The notes below the pieces were generated by a model. The model saw only the letters and a list, made by a program, of their open reading frames with translations, was not told where the DNA came from and ran no database searches. From Phoronis australis (taxonomy: Eukaryota; Animalia; Phoronida): a stretch of DNA of 64,000 nt. Position 1 is the first letter of the stretch. Every line of letters starts with the position of its first letter. The DNA lies in assembly GCA_002633005.1 (NCBI GenBank), contig NMRA01000578.1:69298-133297 (forward strand), written 5' to 3'. Positions 28,201 through 38,384 of the stretch are shown here, one piece after another. The position numbers were made by a program, and so were the translations under genes.

Positions 28201-30511
28201 ACACAACACAACAGAGCACTGAATGACCTTGACCCTAAAGAATACAGTAACCCTTGAATAGGGGAGGACCTATTGAGTCACGGGTGGTGGTTACCCCAGT
28301 TAATCTGTTTCGAAATGAAATTGGTGCACTGCATTGCATTGTTGTAGAAAACTGTGGGAACGATTCATCGAGATCTGCAGCCAGAATGACAGCCTGTATG
28401 GTATTACATGGAATCACTTGAGGGCCCAGCTGGATGGTGTGGAGATCAAGAAGACGTACACACTCAACCCCCTTGCCCCAGAGTTCATACCTAGCCGACT
28501 GCGACACCCCATTCCAGGCGAAACCAGCACGTTTCCCATGTCCTCGGCACAGATGACGCAAACTTTCCCACCTTGGTGGTTGCGCTTTGGTCATATGGTA
28601 CCTCCTGTGTTTCGCTACCCATACGTAAGTTGTATAGAGACTGCTTCAGGGGGGCTGCTTGATTGTTTGGTTATGTTGCAAAAATTATTGCAAAGTCACA
28701 TGCAGTGTCTTCGGCTGATTGCGGTTTACCATTCTTCCCTGCACATAGTCATATTTTAAAAATTCTGGGTCGTTTCATTTTTAGAGGAGATAGAATCGTA
28801 GATGTCTCTCCATCCTGATGGCTCTGTTTATGGCTGGCGTTTAAACGACCTTAAGTCTTGGAACCATGTGCAATAGGATACTTTATAGTTGGATATTGTA
28901 ACAAAACTTATGGAGAATCAAATTTGATTGCAGTCAGTTAGATTCCCAACAGCATTTTGATACATAGTAGTTGAGTGCGCATTACTTAGAATTAGTGTTG
29001 TAGCATTCTGTTTGCATCAAATGCTTTGATACACTCTTGAGGTGTTGTCTTCATTACAGGTATATCCCCCACTTTGGCCGCCCCAGCCATTGCAGCCTGT
29101 CATCTTCCCTGGCTACTACCAGCCGATGCGGCAGCCCAGCCTCCTGAGCTGGCCTCAGCTGGTACCAGCACCACTGCCAGGGACTGGTCCAACGTCACCA
29201 ACCCGAACCAAGGAGGTTGTCCAACCAGCCAGGGTACCAACCAGCAGCCAGGCTTTACAAAGTGAAGCCACCACGTCGAAACCGGCTTCTGTTCAATCTT
29301 CAGCGAGCGTACACCCTATGCTTAGTGAGCAGGCTAGGGGTTCTCCAATTTACATTCAGGCAGCAGGTCAGCCCTTGAGAGGTATGATACCAGCTCAAAT
29401 GCCTGCTTGGCCACAATCATATGTGGGACAGCCATTTCAGACCTATCTCCCATCAAAATCAGTGTCGCCCCGTCAGGCTGTTATACCTGGTCCCTTGTCT
29501 CCATCCGCCATGGCTGCTGTCAAAGACGTATCATTGAAACAGCCGAGTTCAGGACGTTCTTCTGCAAGTCTATCACCAAAGCCGCAGAGCGGGTCACAAA
29601 TACAATTGCTGCCCAACGTGCGTCATGCACCACCTCATTTGTTGCAGCAATCGGTGAGAACACCATCAGCACCTATGGTGTCGAGCTATCAGAGAGAGGC
29701 ACATACCCAGGGTTTTAGGCAGCAACACCAACAGAGATCTGCTGACGCCACCGTGTCGCATAGCCCGAACCTGCAACGCGAGTTCTACCGCTACATAATG
29801 CAGAGGCAGGGCGTCGATGCTGCCAACCGGTTCCTGAAGACAGTCCAGCGGGAGGGACAGATGGGCTCGTCATCTCCCTCTCACAGTCAATCTCCAGTTC
29901 CCATACCAATGCCTCCTAACAGAGATTCTGGTCGGCATGAACAAGCATCATTGGGAAATGTTATGGGGGTTGGGGATCTACGTGGTAACTCAGGTGGGTT
30001 TGCCAATCATCACCAGCGTGTGAATCAAAATCCGTCAACGTCATTTGCAAGCAACTTTCACCCCCGCCAACAGGAAGTGATATCAGCCTCTGCAAATGTC
30101 CAGTCTGGAAGTGGACTGCACACATCCATTGACTTTTCCGCACCGTCAGAAATCGACAGACTGATGAAATTAATGGAGGAGAGTAACCAGCGTGCCACCA
30201 ATCAACCGAACACATTTGACGGAGCCAGCTTAGTTCAACCGTCAAGGGTATTAGATCAATCGTGCAAGATCAGTGACTCTGCTGAGCAGCAGCAGCGGCA
30301 ACGTACAGCTCCCCCTTTGTACATGAGGGGTAATGATGAACCAGCACAGCGGGACTCTAACAAGCCCATGTCCTATGCTGCTGTACTCCGTAGTAAGCCT
30401 CCCCCTTCAGCCCCAAAGGAGAGCACCCCCGAGAATCCCCTGGATCTACTGAAAAATTTGAACATCAAGGCGTCACCAGGCACTCAGGCCTTTTATCAGT
30501 ATTTCTCTTGA
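1166..30511 (+). CDS. HELZ: Helicase with zinc finger domain (UPF1-like SF1 RNA helicase), multi-exon gene, 5' end incomplete
   Basis: 21 GT-AG exons join in one frame: 1166-1284, 2736-2772, 3049-3167, 3571-3633, 11067-11217, 11974-12148, 13649-13847, 14152-14259, 15108-15296, 15705-15907, 17046-17240, 18158-18377, 18640-18878, 20148-20354, 20629-20891, 21790-21908, 23278-23571, 26325-26508, 27761-27956, 28348-28624, 29060-30511 (5009 nt). HELZ-type motifs: RPPPRG-CCCH finger, [60 protein letters not shown]2 [11 protein letters not shown]-terminal SYAAVLR...FYQYFS. Confidence 0.95.
2736..2772 (+). CDS. HELZ: HELZ small exon (TPR-like)
   Basis: ttcag|AAG...GAA A|gtaagt; [12 protein letters not shown]; phases fit both neighbours. 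Confidence 0.85.
3049..3167 (+). CDS. HELZ: HELZ exon (TPR-like)
   Basis: cttttcag|...GAT|gtaaga; [39 protein letters not shown]. Confidence 0.85.
3571..3633 (+). CDS. HELZ: HELZ exon
   Basis: ttccag|GAT...CCG|gtaagc; [21 protein letters not shown], phase 0-0. Confidence 0.8.
3984..4093. repeat. 35-bp minisatellite, ~3 copies
   Basis: TTCTTGGGAAGTRTTATGRYTGTTTCACTGYAGTA at 3984, 4019 and 4054. Confidence 0.9.
6169..7500 (+). mobile_element. Non-autonomous Helentron-associated (HINE/DINE-1/Pearl-like) element
   Basis: 5' hairpin ACTCTGCG..GCGCAGAGT (duplicated at 6172 and 6228), (TATTCT)n microsatellite, internal tandem core repeats, 3' subterminal copy CGCGCAGAGT (7456-7465), palindrome TTATTGTCACG-C-CGTGACAATAA (7469-7491), then CTAG-TT. 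Confidence 0.75.
6975..7112. repeat. Array of palindromic AACCATGGTY units
   Basis: Repeated ACCATGGT with ~10-bp period; adjacent single N at 6964. Confidence 0.8.
9405..9416 (+). CDS. Candidate 12-nt HELZ microexon (MNFV)
   Basis: Branch-like tgctgac, U-rich tract, tgctacag|ATGAATTTCGTG|gtatgt; phase 0-0 fits the flanking exons. Confidence 0.5.
11067..11217 (+). CDS. HELZ: HELZ exon (acidic/Ser-rich linker)
   Basis: ttttag|GAT...AAC A|gtgagt; [16 protein letters not shown]...SSSKDN. Confidence 0.85.
11974..12148 (+). CDS. HELZ: HELZ exon (C2H2 finger + start of CCCH finger)
   Basis: [57 protein letters not shown]; AG/GT bounded. Confidence 0.92.
13649..13847 (+). CDS. HELZ: HELZ exon (CCCH finger)
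   Basis: [25 protein letters not shown]...; cacag| and |gtaggt. Confidence 0.93.
14152..14259 (+). CDS. HELZ: HELZ exon
   Basis: [36 protein letters not shown]; ttcag| and |gtaagt. Confidence 0.88.
15108..15296 (+). CDS. HELZ: HELZ exon
   Basis: [17 protein letters not shown]...CQEW...VYRIK; tgcag| and |gtcagt. Confidence 0.9.
15457..15560. repeat. Degenerate 18-bp tandem repeat
   Basis: Units like GGGCRTCAAGCCAAGGGT, about 5-6 copies; explains the HP(W/R)LxA repeats in ORF 15367..15597. Confidence 0.75.
15705..15907 (+). CDS. HELZ: HELZ exon
   Basis: [25 protein letters not shown]...[14 protein letters not shown]; ccag| and |gtaagt. Confidence 0.93.
17046..17240 (+). CDS. HELZ: HELZ exon
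   Basis: ...[25 protein letters not shown]. Confidence 0.93.
18158..18377 (+). CDS. HELZ: HELZ exon
   Basis: [10 protein letters not shown]...[12 protein letters not shown]...VDPDT; tctag| and |gtacgt. Confidence 0.92.
18640..18878 (+). CDS. HELZ: HELZ exon
   Basis: [19 protein letters not shown]...[20 protein letters not shown]...PSIPWTPK. Confidence 0.93.
19245..19400 (+). mobile_element. Degenerate tRNA-derived SINE (CORE-like) with an internal (GTTGCAGTTGCCTACTA)n expansion
   Basis: B-box-like GGTTCAGTTCC at ~19282, tandem repeat 19302-19364, then GTGTCCTTGAGCAAACCACTT resembling the CORE-SINE domain. Confidence 0.55.
20148..20354 (+). CDS. HELZ: HELZ exon (Q motif, Walker A)
   Basis: LNAKQKEAV...GPYGTGKT...RILICTHSN. 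Confidence 0.95.
20629..20891 (+). CDS. HELZ: HELZ exon
   Basis: [12 protein letters not shown]...[11 protein letters not shown]...[11 protein letters not shown]. Confidence 0.94.
21790..21908 (+). CDS. HELZ: HELZ exon (Walker B, motif III)
   Basis: [39 protein letters not shown]. Confidence 0.95.
22880..22948 (+). pseudogene. tRNA-like sequence (Trp-like CCA loop), pseudo-tRNA or SINE head
   Basis: A box TGGTTTAGTGG, B box GGTTCAAATCC, acceptor-like GCTGAG/CTCAGT, loop CTCCAAA; the anticodon stem does not pair. Confidence 0.5.
23278..23571 (+). CDS. HELZ: HELZ exon (helicase C-terminal RecA domain)
   Basis: SLLERL...[21 protein letters not shown]...YYNNAE. Confidence 0.95.
26325..26508 (+). 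CDS. HELZ: HELZ exon
   Basis: VYEVVERV...[15 protein letters not shown]...VERVFNVQG. Confidence 0.95.
27172..27340. repeat. Degenerate ~18-22-bp minisatellite (AATATTCCGCA core)
   Basis: Repeated (A/G)TATTC(C/T)GCA units; produces the repetitive ORFs on both strands here. Confidence 0.8.
27761..27956 (+). CDS. HELZ: HELZ exon (motifs V-VI)
   Basis: [13 protein letters not shown]...[28 protein letters not shown]. Confidence 0.95.
28348..28624 (+). CDS. HELZ: HELZ exon (PAM2)
   Basis: [10 protein letters not shown]...[14 protein letters not shown]; tgtag| and |gtaagt. Confidence 0.93.
29060..30511 (+). CDS. HELZ: HELZ terminal coding exon (P/Q/S-rich disordered tail)
   Basis: ttacag| acceptor; open frame of 484 codons including the stop; ends [13 protein letters not shown]...NPLDLLKNL...FYQYFS*, resembling the conserved HELZ C-terminus. 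Confidence 0.93.
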   Translation, partial: VYPPLWPPQPLQPVIFPGYYQPMRQPSLLSWPQLVPAPLPGTGPTSPTRTKEVVQPARVPTSSQALQSEATTSKPASVQSSASVHPMLSEQARGSPIYIQAAGQPLRGMIPAQMPAWPQSYVGQPFQTYLPSKSVSPRQAVIPGPLSPSAMAAVKDVSLKQPSSGRSSASLSPKPQSGSQIQLLPNVRHAPPHLLQQSVRTPSAPMVSSYQREAHTQGFRQQHQQRSADATVSHSPNLQREFYRYIMQRQGVDAANRFLKTVQREGQMGSSSPSHSQSPVPIPMPPNRDSGRHEQASLGNVMGVGDLRGNSGGFANHHQRVNQNPSTSFASNFHPRQQEVISASANVQSGSGLHTSIDFSAPSEIDRLMKLMEESNQRATNQPNTFDGASLVQPSRVLDQSCKISDSAEQQQRQRTAPPLYMRGNDEPAQRDSNKPMSYAAVLRSKPPPSAPKESTPENPLDLLKNLNIKASPGTQAFYQYFS

Positions 30512-33160
30512 TGTGTTGCATGTTTGAATGTGTATTGCATGTTTTTGTTCTTAAGGCATCTGTTTGAAGTGTGAAATTGTAGATCCAACGAGTTACATTT
30601 TTGGCATCCTAGACTTGTTAGCTTCATCTTGGAGTCACACACAGTTTTTTATTAGCAGTCAGTACAGCAAGACCAAGACTTCCAAAACTGGGACTTAACA
30701 TTCGACCAATCAGGGCCTTGACTTTAAAAATCAACCAATCACAGGACAGGCTTTGAGTAAACTTTCTAATGTGATGCATTGTGATTGATCAGTTTTTAGT
30801 TGACCTAGATTGGTCTGCGGTCTAGGCCAATTTATGGCAGTTAAATGTTTGGAAACGACTGACAGCGCTATCGCATCATTTCACAGTCGTTAAGTGTGTC
30901 GTGCTAACAACCAAACCTAAGAATTGAGACTGACGATAAGTTTAATGGGAGTAACTCAAGCTCTGTCCCATATGCCTATGGGTACTACACACTGACTCGA
31001 GGTTTGTATTTCTTGTGTGTGGATTTTGGGATTAGTGTTGTGTGATTGCATGTTTTAACTTGCTAAATACATAATAAGGGAAAATAAAATAAAAAACACA
31101 AAAATAAAACTGAATAAAAAATTTAAAATGCAAGAAAATCTATGAAAATGTTTTAATAGTTGTTGGATATATTATAGTTTCTTTGGTGTGTCATTGGTGT
31201 GTCATTGGTGTTATTTGTTTGTATTTGAGGGCATAGTTTCTCTACTGTTGGTGGTTGCCATTGGCAACTCAAGTTGTTTCATCATTCATAGTTTATTCTT
31301 TATTAAAGTTGAAATTCAAATCATATCGCTGTATGTTAATAGATAGAATTTTGTTCTTCAATCCCTGTCATCTGGAATCCATAAATATTGTGGTGTAAAG
31401 TCTGTTATTTTTAAAATCTCCGTATGGAACAAAACCAGTGTTTTGTGTACATAAACCTATACATGAAAATTGTAAATTAAAATAATATAGGTCTATTTTT
31501 GTTACCAACATTCTCTATACATAGATATTATATATTTGAATATATGGCCATGTATTTCAAGTAATCGGCCTACTAACTTGTAAATATAGTAACCATTTTT
31601 ACTTAAGTGCAAATGGCAAAAATTGAAATTAGTTGTTTTTTTGTTTTACCCTGGTTTTGACCAAGCTTATTTTGTTAAAAACTGCTGTATTTTGTTCCTC
31701 ACTAATAATTTCACTTCTATTTCTGTGTATTTTTTTTAAACTGAATTATTTAGTTGCTGATTTTTAAATATCAGTTCGAACTTAATGTAATGAGTTTTGC
31801 AAGTTGCTTTGAAGTGACACAAAGAGCATTTAGTTCTTACTGAATTTTGAATTTTTAGTTTTTGTGTGAAGACTAAATTGCAACACTTTTGTGCATACTA
31901 CAACTTTCCAAGTGTGGTCTAAATAGAACCATGCTGGACTTTATGCTGTGTACAAGCTAAAGGTTTCTTTCAAAGCCACGTCCTTGTATTTGTCACAATG
32001 GTCGTATTTTACTGCTGCTAACCTTCGTTCTATATTCGTTTATTTTTCCATGTTGACAAATACAACATGTTCTCCATTGACTGCAAGAAAGCTTGTAAAT
32101 GGTCCATAGATAGCATTTTGATTGCTTTTGCACTTCTGTCACTATGAAATACTTAGGATTTGTGAAAAATCAACTTTTTTCAATAAACATGCTGTTCAGT
32201 GTGCCCAGTTTGTGATGGAGTCCATTTCCACTGTTAAAGACACTTTCCTTTTCTTTCTTATTCAAGCAGAACATCGAATGAGTTTTCTTAACCAAGAGGC
32301 ACTACTTAAAACTGGATGATAAATTTCTACCTTTGAACAGCTGTTAAACCACATTCCCATTTAAGAAACATAACTTTTGAATTAGACCACCTACCTTATA
32401 AAATCAGTGTTGACTTACTCCTTGAAGAGAAGAAGTTTCTAAGATTAAACAGAATTCCGTTTCTAGAGATTGTGCTCGATGCATAAAGTGTCACGTCTTC
32501 ATGAGCGAACTTCTTGAGCTTGTTTTTGATAATGAACGGTCTGTTTTTTCCTAGCCCAGAAATTATCTTAGTTCAGTAAGGAACATGGTTGGGGTTAAAG
32601 TTCAAAACTTGTTTTTCTACTGGAGGTTGCATTATTTGTTACAGCTGTAAGGTTTGCATCAATTCAGTGTTGATTTTGTAATGATATTTTGAGCAAGCGT
32701 GATACCCTGTTGAAATAGCATTATTTGGAAAGATGTTCTAATTCGGTTTTTGTTGTAATGCATTTTGTTGTCTGTGGAAATGACGAATCACTTCCCTACA
32801 CTGCAAGACAAGCGACATTTGGGATAAATTTCTTCACCAAGTTCTTTGTTGGTTTGTAATTTGTAGTCTTTGTTATTCAGTTCTGTCAATTAAGTGCAAT
32901 GCTTTGGGTTTTAAACCAGTGGTGCAATGATAGAAGTCTGAGCAAAAGCGGCAATTTTTAACCTTCTTGTTTAGCTTAATTTGTTTACAAGTGTCACGTG
33001 TGTAATGCACAATTTGAAGCTTTTGCACTGATACTTTTTCTGTTTAGATGTGCTTTGGTAGTGTTCTTGTTTGATTGTTGGTTAACTGTAAAGACAAATG
33101 TGTTTCTAAGGTCATTCTATTTCACTCATGGTGAATAAATGATTTCTGGCTAACACACCA
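30512..33160 (+). other. Probable long HELZ 3' UTR
   Basis: U-rich sequence downstream of the stop; AATAAA cluster at ~31083-31120 and a distal AATAAA at 33134-33139 followed by GU/U-rich sequence; composition turns A-rich after ~33180. Confidence 0.5.
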
Positions 33161-34455
33161 AGAATTGTTGTTTTTCAATTCCTTTCAAAACCAAGGTCCA
33201 GTTTAGAAAAACATAGATATAGGCCACATGACTGTCAGAGCATCAAATTTAAGGGTTACTCTGTAACTTATGGGTCAGCAACTTGTATCGTGTAAGAGAA
33301 TTTTGACTTTTACGACATTCAAAAATAGACCAGGCAAATGAGATCCCACAGAAATTGAATGTTAGAGCTGGCCTAGAGTTTGGCAATCGTAGTAAAAACT
33401 AATGTGCACCAATAAATAGTGTGAGGGCATTCCAAAATGATCCCTATTTCATCTAGCAATGAACATGGGAAAAATGGGATGCTGCACTTGCATAAAACAA
33501 AAATTTTAACAAAATTCATTTTATCACAAGTAGTCACCTTTGCAGAATGAATTTTAATTTGGCAAGGAAAATATTTAATCTAAAAAATTTCATTAATCTT
33601 CTATTATGTCTGCGGACATCTACATTTAGAATGCAGATGCAACAGACCTGTGAATCTAACAAGGAGTCGAATCGGTTAAAATACTTGATTTCTGCTCCAC
33701 AGAGCTTATTGTAAGAAGGAAAAGTCACTGTGGAACAATGTCGCACAAATTCAAAAGTCACACGGCATTTTTTATTTTCACTAGCTTTAGTAACAACTAA
33801 GATATTCACAATTGCATTGATCATACTGAACTAAAACTCCAATAAAACTAGATGTTCAGAGTTAATACGAAAAGATATGTAGCAGGTTATGCGTTAACCA
33901 CAATAGCATTGAATGCCAAATTATCAACAGTTTGCATTGTACACCAACATAAGATTCTACAACAATTGAGAAGGCAAAACAACTGACATCATGAGAGCAT
34001 TCCAACATGATCCATGGCTGCTCACTCAGATGAACAAAAACTTCATAAACAAAACTGGGTCAACGGAATTCCTTCAGATTTATAAGGCCAAGACACAAGT
34101 CTTATGAGCAGACGAGATAGAAGGATTCTCTTATTAGACAAGTAAAATTGTCGTTTTATTACACCACAAGTCAACCACCACATTGGATAAACCTGACAGC
34201 ATCAAGCCTTGCTCCCAGATTAATATTGGGCCAGCTTTCATAGGAAAGTCACCAATCCCAAGTTTGTTCAACAGTTTGTACAGACACTTAAAGCCATGTC
34301 ATGCCATCTGGTATAAGTATAACCAGCAAGACAAGTACGTTTCAGGGGTTCAAGACCAAAACGCCAGGATTAGTGAATCGTTTTTCATTTTCTGATGACA
34401 TTCAGGTAATAAATTCGATCAATCAACAGAATAATGTTATTGTGTACACTCAAAT

Positions 34456-36630
34456 TCATTCCTCCTTGCTGTCACCGCCCATCCTCCACTCAACACCATT
34501 GGTGCTCTTCGATGAATACTGCTCGTAACACGAGTCCACTTTGCCCCTGAATCCACTTAGGAAATTACAGCTTGCATTGAAGAACAAATAGGACAGGACA
34601 AGACAGCTGCTGAAGGCCACTGAGACAATACCGGTGAAGCAGAGCATTCCACCCAGAATGAGAAGGCCAAACAGAAGCAAGGAACCTGGAATCCAATGAA
34701 AGTAAAACAACGTTAGTTACCTTAACATTCACCAGGTGGCACAAGTCAACACTTGTCCAGCCTAAGAAATTGACATGTTCGCCTGGAATCCTTATTCTAA
34801 TCCTTCACTTTTAGCACACAACATTGTGGACAAGTGAAATTTTACATTGTCAATTTTGTAAATAGAAATAAAGATTAGTAAGAAAATTTTAGAACATAAG
34901 TAGCTTGGTTTGTGCTGAGCATATGTCCTAAAATAAAATTTGGATAAGTTTCTATTACTTGCCACAAGAAAACCAACTTTTGAAAAATAGGAAATGACAA
35001 GTTCGGCAATTACTTTTGTGAAAGATAGGTGAAGAATTACTGCAGCCCAAGCAATGAATATCATTCTCAGGAGACCTCACCACCATGTAAATGTCAACAG
35101 ACCCTCCCATTATCAAGCAGTTTCAACTTCCACACAACAAATCTAGTGTAAAAGCAATCACCAGTCCCTTAAAATCTGAAAAGACACATTTTGTTTCATA
35201 AAGCAAATTTCTTTAATTCTAGAACCTACGCTCAACAGAGTTCCTACAATAGACACTCGCATACAGTTAAAACTCATGATCAGCAACGAAGTAGTTAGTA
35301 CAATTTCAAAATCCACATCCCAACTCAAATTTGGACACCCTAGCTTGGGACAGCCTGTTCACCAATTGGACAGTAAACAAGTAAGCATCAGTGTCTATTT
35401 TCACTTGCTACCTACAGCACTAGGAGCTCACTGTCTTGTCCAGAATAAAATAAAGTTGATTTAGAAATGAAGCAAGGTATGAAAAACTTCGCAGCAGAAC
35501 AATGTCGCCACAGTACCACACCTCACTGTCACTAATTTGACTTAGTGCTTAAAAGCGTCATTGGTAATGGACGTCCTGAGAAATTAACAAACCCATCAGT
35601 GATTTATTGGCTGGGGGCCAAAAGCACATTTACCCTTAGCCTGGAGCTGATAAAGTTTAAACTTTGGACCCAAAAATTTCTAAGTCAGGCACAGTGTACT
35701 GTGTGATAGAAAGACATATTTGTCCAGCTTTTGTTGAAGCTGGACAGATACGTCCTCCTATACTCGATATCAAATATGGTATCGTCCAATCAAGCGCCAC
35801 ATGATAATTGTTGTATGTTTGTTGCCGACATTGTGTCAAAGATCAAACTCTGATACTTATAGATAACTATACAATGATATTGAACCACACTTTTCATAAA
35901 AGATGGGGCCTTAGATACTTAATATTAATTAAAGACCGTGGAGTGTCTAAAACAACAACCATGTTCACATTTCCAGCGTCAGTATGTACAGGACTCTAGT
36001 ATTCGAGTGGTGGTTTCTGTCACAACCCTTCCACTTCTTTATTGTATTCTGTAATTTCTATTATTACACGTTTCAAATAAAGTGTTCTACTTATTGGCGC
36101 AGTAAACATATAGCTGTGCTTAAGCAAAATGCCCACTATATGACTGCGTTTCCAAACAAAAAAACATCAAGCCAACTGAACACAAATTCTATTTGGTAAT
36201 TTTTAAAAAATAAGTGCTCTTGTTGAAAATTTTCAGACCACTGAAAAAATCTCCACTGATTTACAATTGATTTTCTTGAGATTCCCTCCATAATTTTAAT
36301 CATCGACTTACACGAAATGACATTTTCAAAACTACTGTATCTACAGAGATTGTTTACAGTGAGGTCTACTTTACCTTCAAAGAAAATGAATCCTAAGAAT
36401 GTTAATAGGACGGTGCTGATGACGAAACACACGAATCCCATCACAGGAATGGAGCACATGGCAATGGCGACAAGGGCAAACAGAGTAGCTACCGGGTGTT
36501 CATAGGCATACTCTCGGGCTGTGAAGAATTTCTCTCTCAGGCTGAACTGTTCATCTAGTTTATCCATCATCTGAACAAAGCTTTCCCAAAGCGACTCCAC
36601 GCGGCTTCTCACTAGTCCTTCGGTATCCAT
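34456..36630 (-). CDS. LDAF1: Lipid droplet assembly factor 1 / promethin (TMEM159)
   Basis: Exons 36630-36375 (MDTEG...HPVATLFALVAIAMCSIPVMGFVCFVISTVLLTFLGFIFFEG|gtaaag) and 34685-34456 (ccag|GSLLLFGLLILGGMLCFTGIVSVAFSSCL...KEE*) give 161 aa. The long hydrophobic core with HP...IPV..F..F...EG...GG fits the promethin family. Confidence 0.85.
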
Positions 36631-37325
36631 GTTTTTACATTACTTGGATGCCTGAACGTAGAATGCAACAGATGTAGATTGAAGTTGTCTTTCTTCCTCC
36701 TTTCACATGTAGCGGACGTGGCTGGGCTGTAACAGCAAAATGAAAAAAGAAACTGTGTAGTTGAATTACAGTTTATGATGGGACCAAGAGCACGACATCT
36801 GGGATACACTTCAAATCATGAAACAAACCGCTTGAACTTGTCAGCTGAGCATGTAAGCAGCTTTTTGAGAAGAATTTTGTGATTTGACCGCGAATTATTT
36901 GCAAACTCGCTGGAGCAGGACACCGTAAATATCAGAAGAAAGAACAATTGTTCATGGTTTGTTGAACCCATTTTGTGTAAATTTACTGAGTTGTGTGTTT
37001 GAGATGGACGGCTGAAGTGAACCATCCGTGGAATTCCTTGTCCCGAGTGTCATACCCTGTAGTATGTAAATATAGTGTATTGGGGACCATCAGAACAGAA
37101 GCTGAGGGTGCTTGACCTGTGGTCTAGAGCACAGCCACAACTACAGGCAACACGTAGCCCTCTGTTGGCCGGTTAGGGGCTACAATACTTCCCATCGCTT
37201 TCTGTACCAATGTCGTCCCGTGTATTTTAAATGGGCGGTAGGCCAAATCTGGCCACTGATTAGGAGTTTTTACCTCGTCAAAAATACATTCCACACTTAA
37301 AACTATCACTTAAAAAAGCGCTTAC

Positions 37326-37420
37326 TTTCTTCATGCTGTGGTCCTTTCTACTTCTATACACATATCTTCGATGAAGCTATAGTTACAAGAACTAAGGTGA
37401 CGTTGGCGAAGAATTCCAAC
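37326..37420 (-). other. Probable non-coding first exon of LDAF1
   Basis: Minus-strand donor AAA|gtaagc at 37325 and acceptor ttcag|G at 36651; next to a CpG-containing intergenic region. The 5' end is approximate. Confidence 0.5.
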
Positions 37421-38367
37421 TCCACTTTTTTGGTCACCGTTAACTTTTTCACCACGCGCGCGATAACCACAGAGTATTTCAACTGAGTCACACGAGCTAG
37501 GCAAAGTCTAGCGCGACACTGTCTTGCAAAATAGCGATATAGGAATAAAGGTATCAGGTGAAATTTGTAAAGATTTGTGTCCCTTGAACTTTTTATTCGG
37601 CAACATGCTTGATTTCACGTAACTTCCTCAGAGGTTGGGTGGTGTTTTTTTATCATTCTTCTATTTAGGGAGGGGAGGAATGTTGTGAATGTTGGTTTGT
37701 GTGGTCTCATCTTTCGTGTTGTCTCGTGTGTTCGTCCGTGGGTTGCCTTAAGTGGCTGGATGTTTAAGTTCTAGTATTGTCACGTGACTGGGGAATCAAG
37801 AGAGGTCTCTCTTCGTGTGGCCCTGCTGCACGCAGGACGTCTGCGTTTGTGGATCTTCATCTCAAGCGTGTATTCAAGCTTTCATATGAGTAAAGGTAAG
37901 CTGCACGCGAACCTGTATTGAATTACAACATATGTTAATTATGACTCCATCTACATATATGCATGTTTCATTTTGATTTTATTTCCTTTATTTTGAAATT
38001 CGTAACTTTTTGTGGGGATGTACTATCGCCCCTGTATGCCTGCGCGACGGTCCAGGGCGATGTAATTGCGTATTTGCTAAGCCACGACTCACGACACAAG
38101 TATACATTCTTGCTAGGGAACCAGTTTCTATGAATAATGAGCCAATTATCCAGTGATTGTCTTGCTCTCAAAAGTCGGGGACCACTTATTCGACTAGTGT
38201 CGATTAAGTCTCCAGTATTTCCACCAAAAGAGAAGGCATAAATACACTTACCACTCAAACACAAGAGGTGACGCGTGCAAAAGAAAGAATCAAAACAACT
38301 TCCGTGATGAGTTTGTGCTCTACGTCACAAAATATGTGCTCCGTTCTTGATGACACTGACTTCCAAC
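37420..38367. promoter_or_regulatory. Divergent LDAF1/YARS2 promoter region
   Basis: Lies between head-to-head genes; locally CpG-richer; TGAGTCA near 37483, palindromic GTCACGTGAC E-box at 37779-37788, TACGTCA near 38321. Confidence 0.55.
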
Positions 38368-38384
38368 ATGTCTGCGCCCATCAG
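38368..38384 (+). CDS. YARS2: YARS2 first coding exon
   Basis: aacATGTCTGCGCCCATCAG|gttagt encodes MSAPI(R), resembling vertebrate MAAPI; phase 2 matches the acceptor at 40828. Confidence 0.75.

Noticed and set aside
30700-30830. CCAAT-box cluster in the HELZ 3' UTR suggesting an internal promoter
   Set aside because: No downstream + strand gene; more likely a small repeat remnant or chance.
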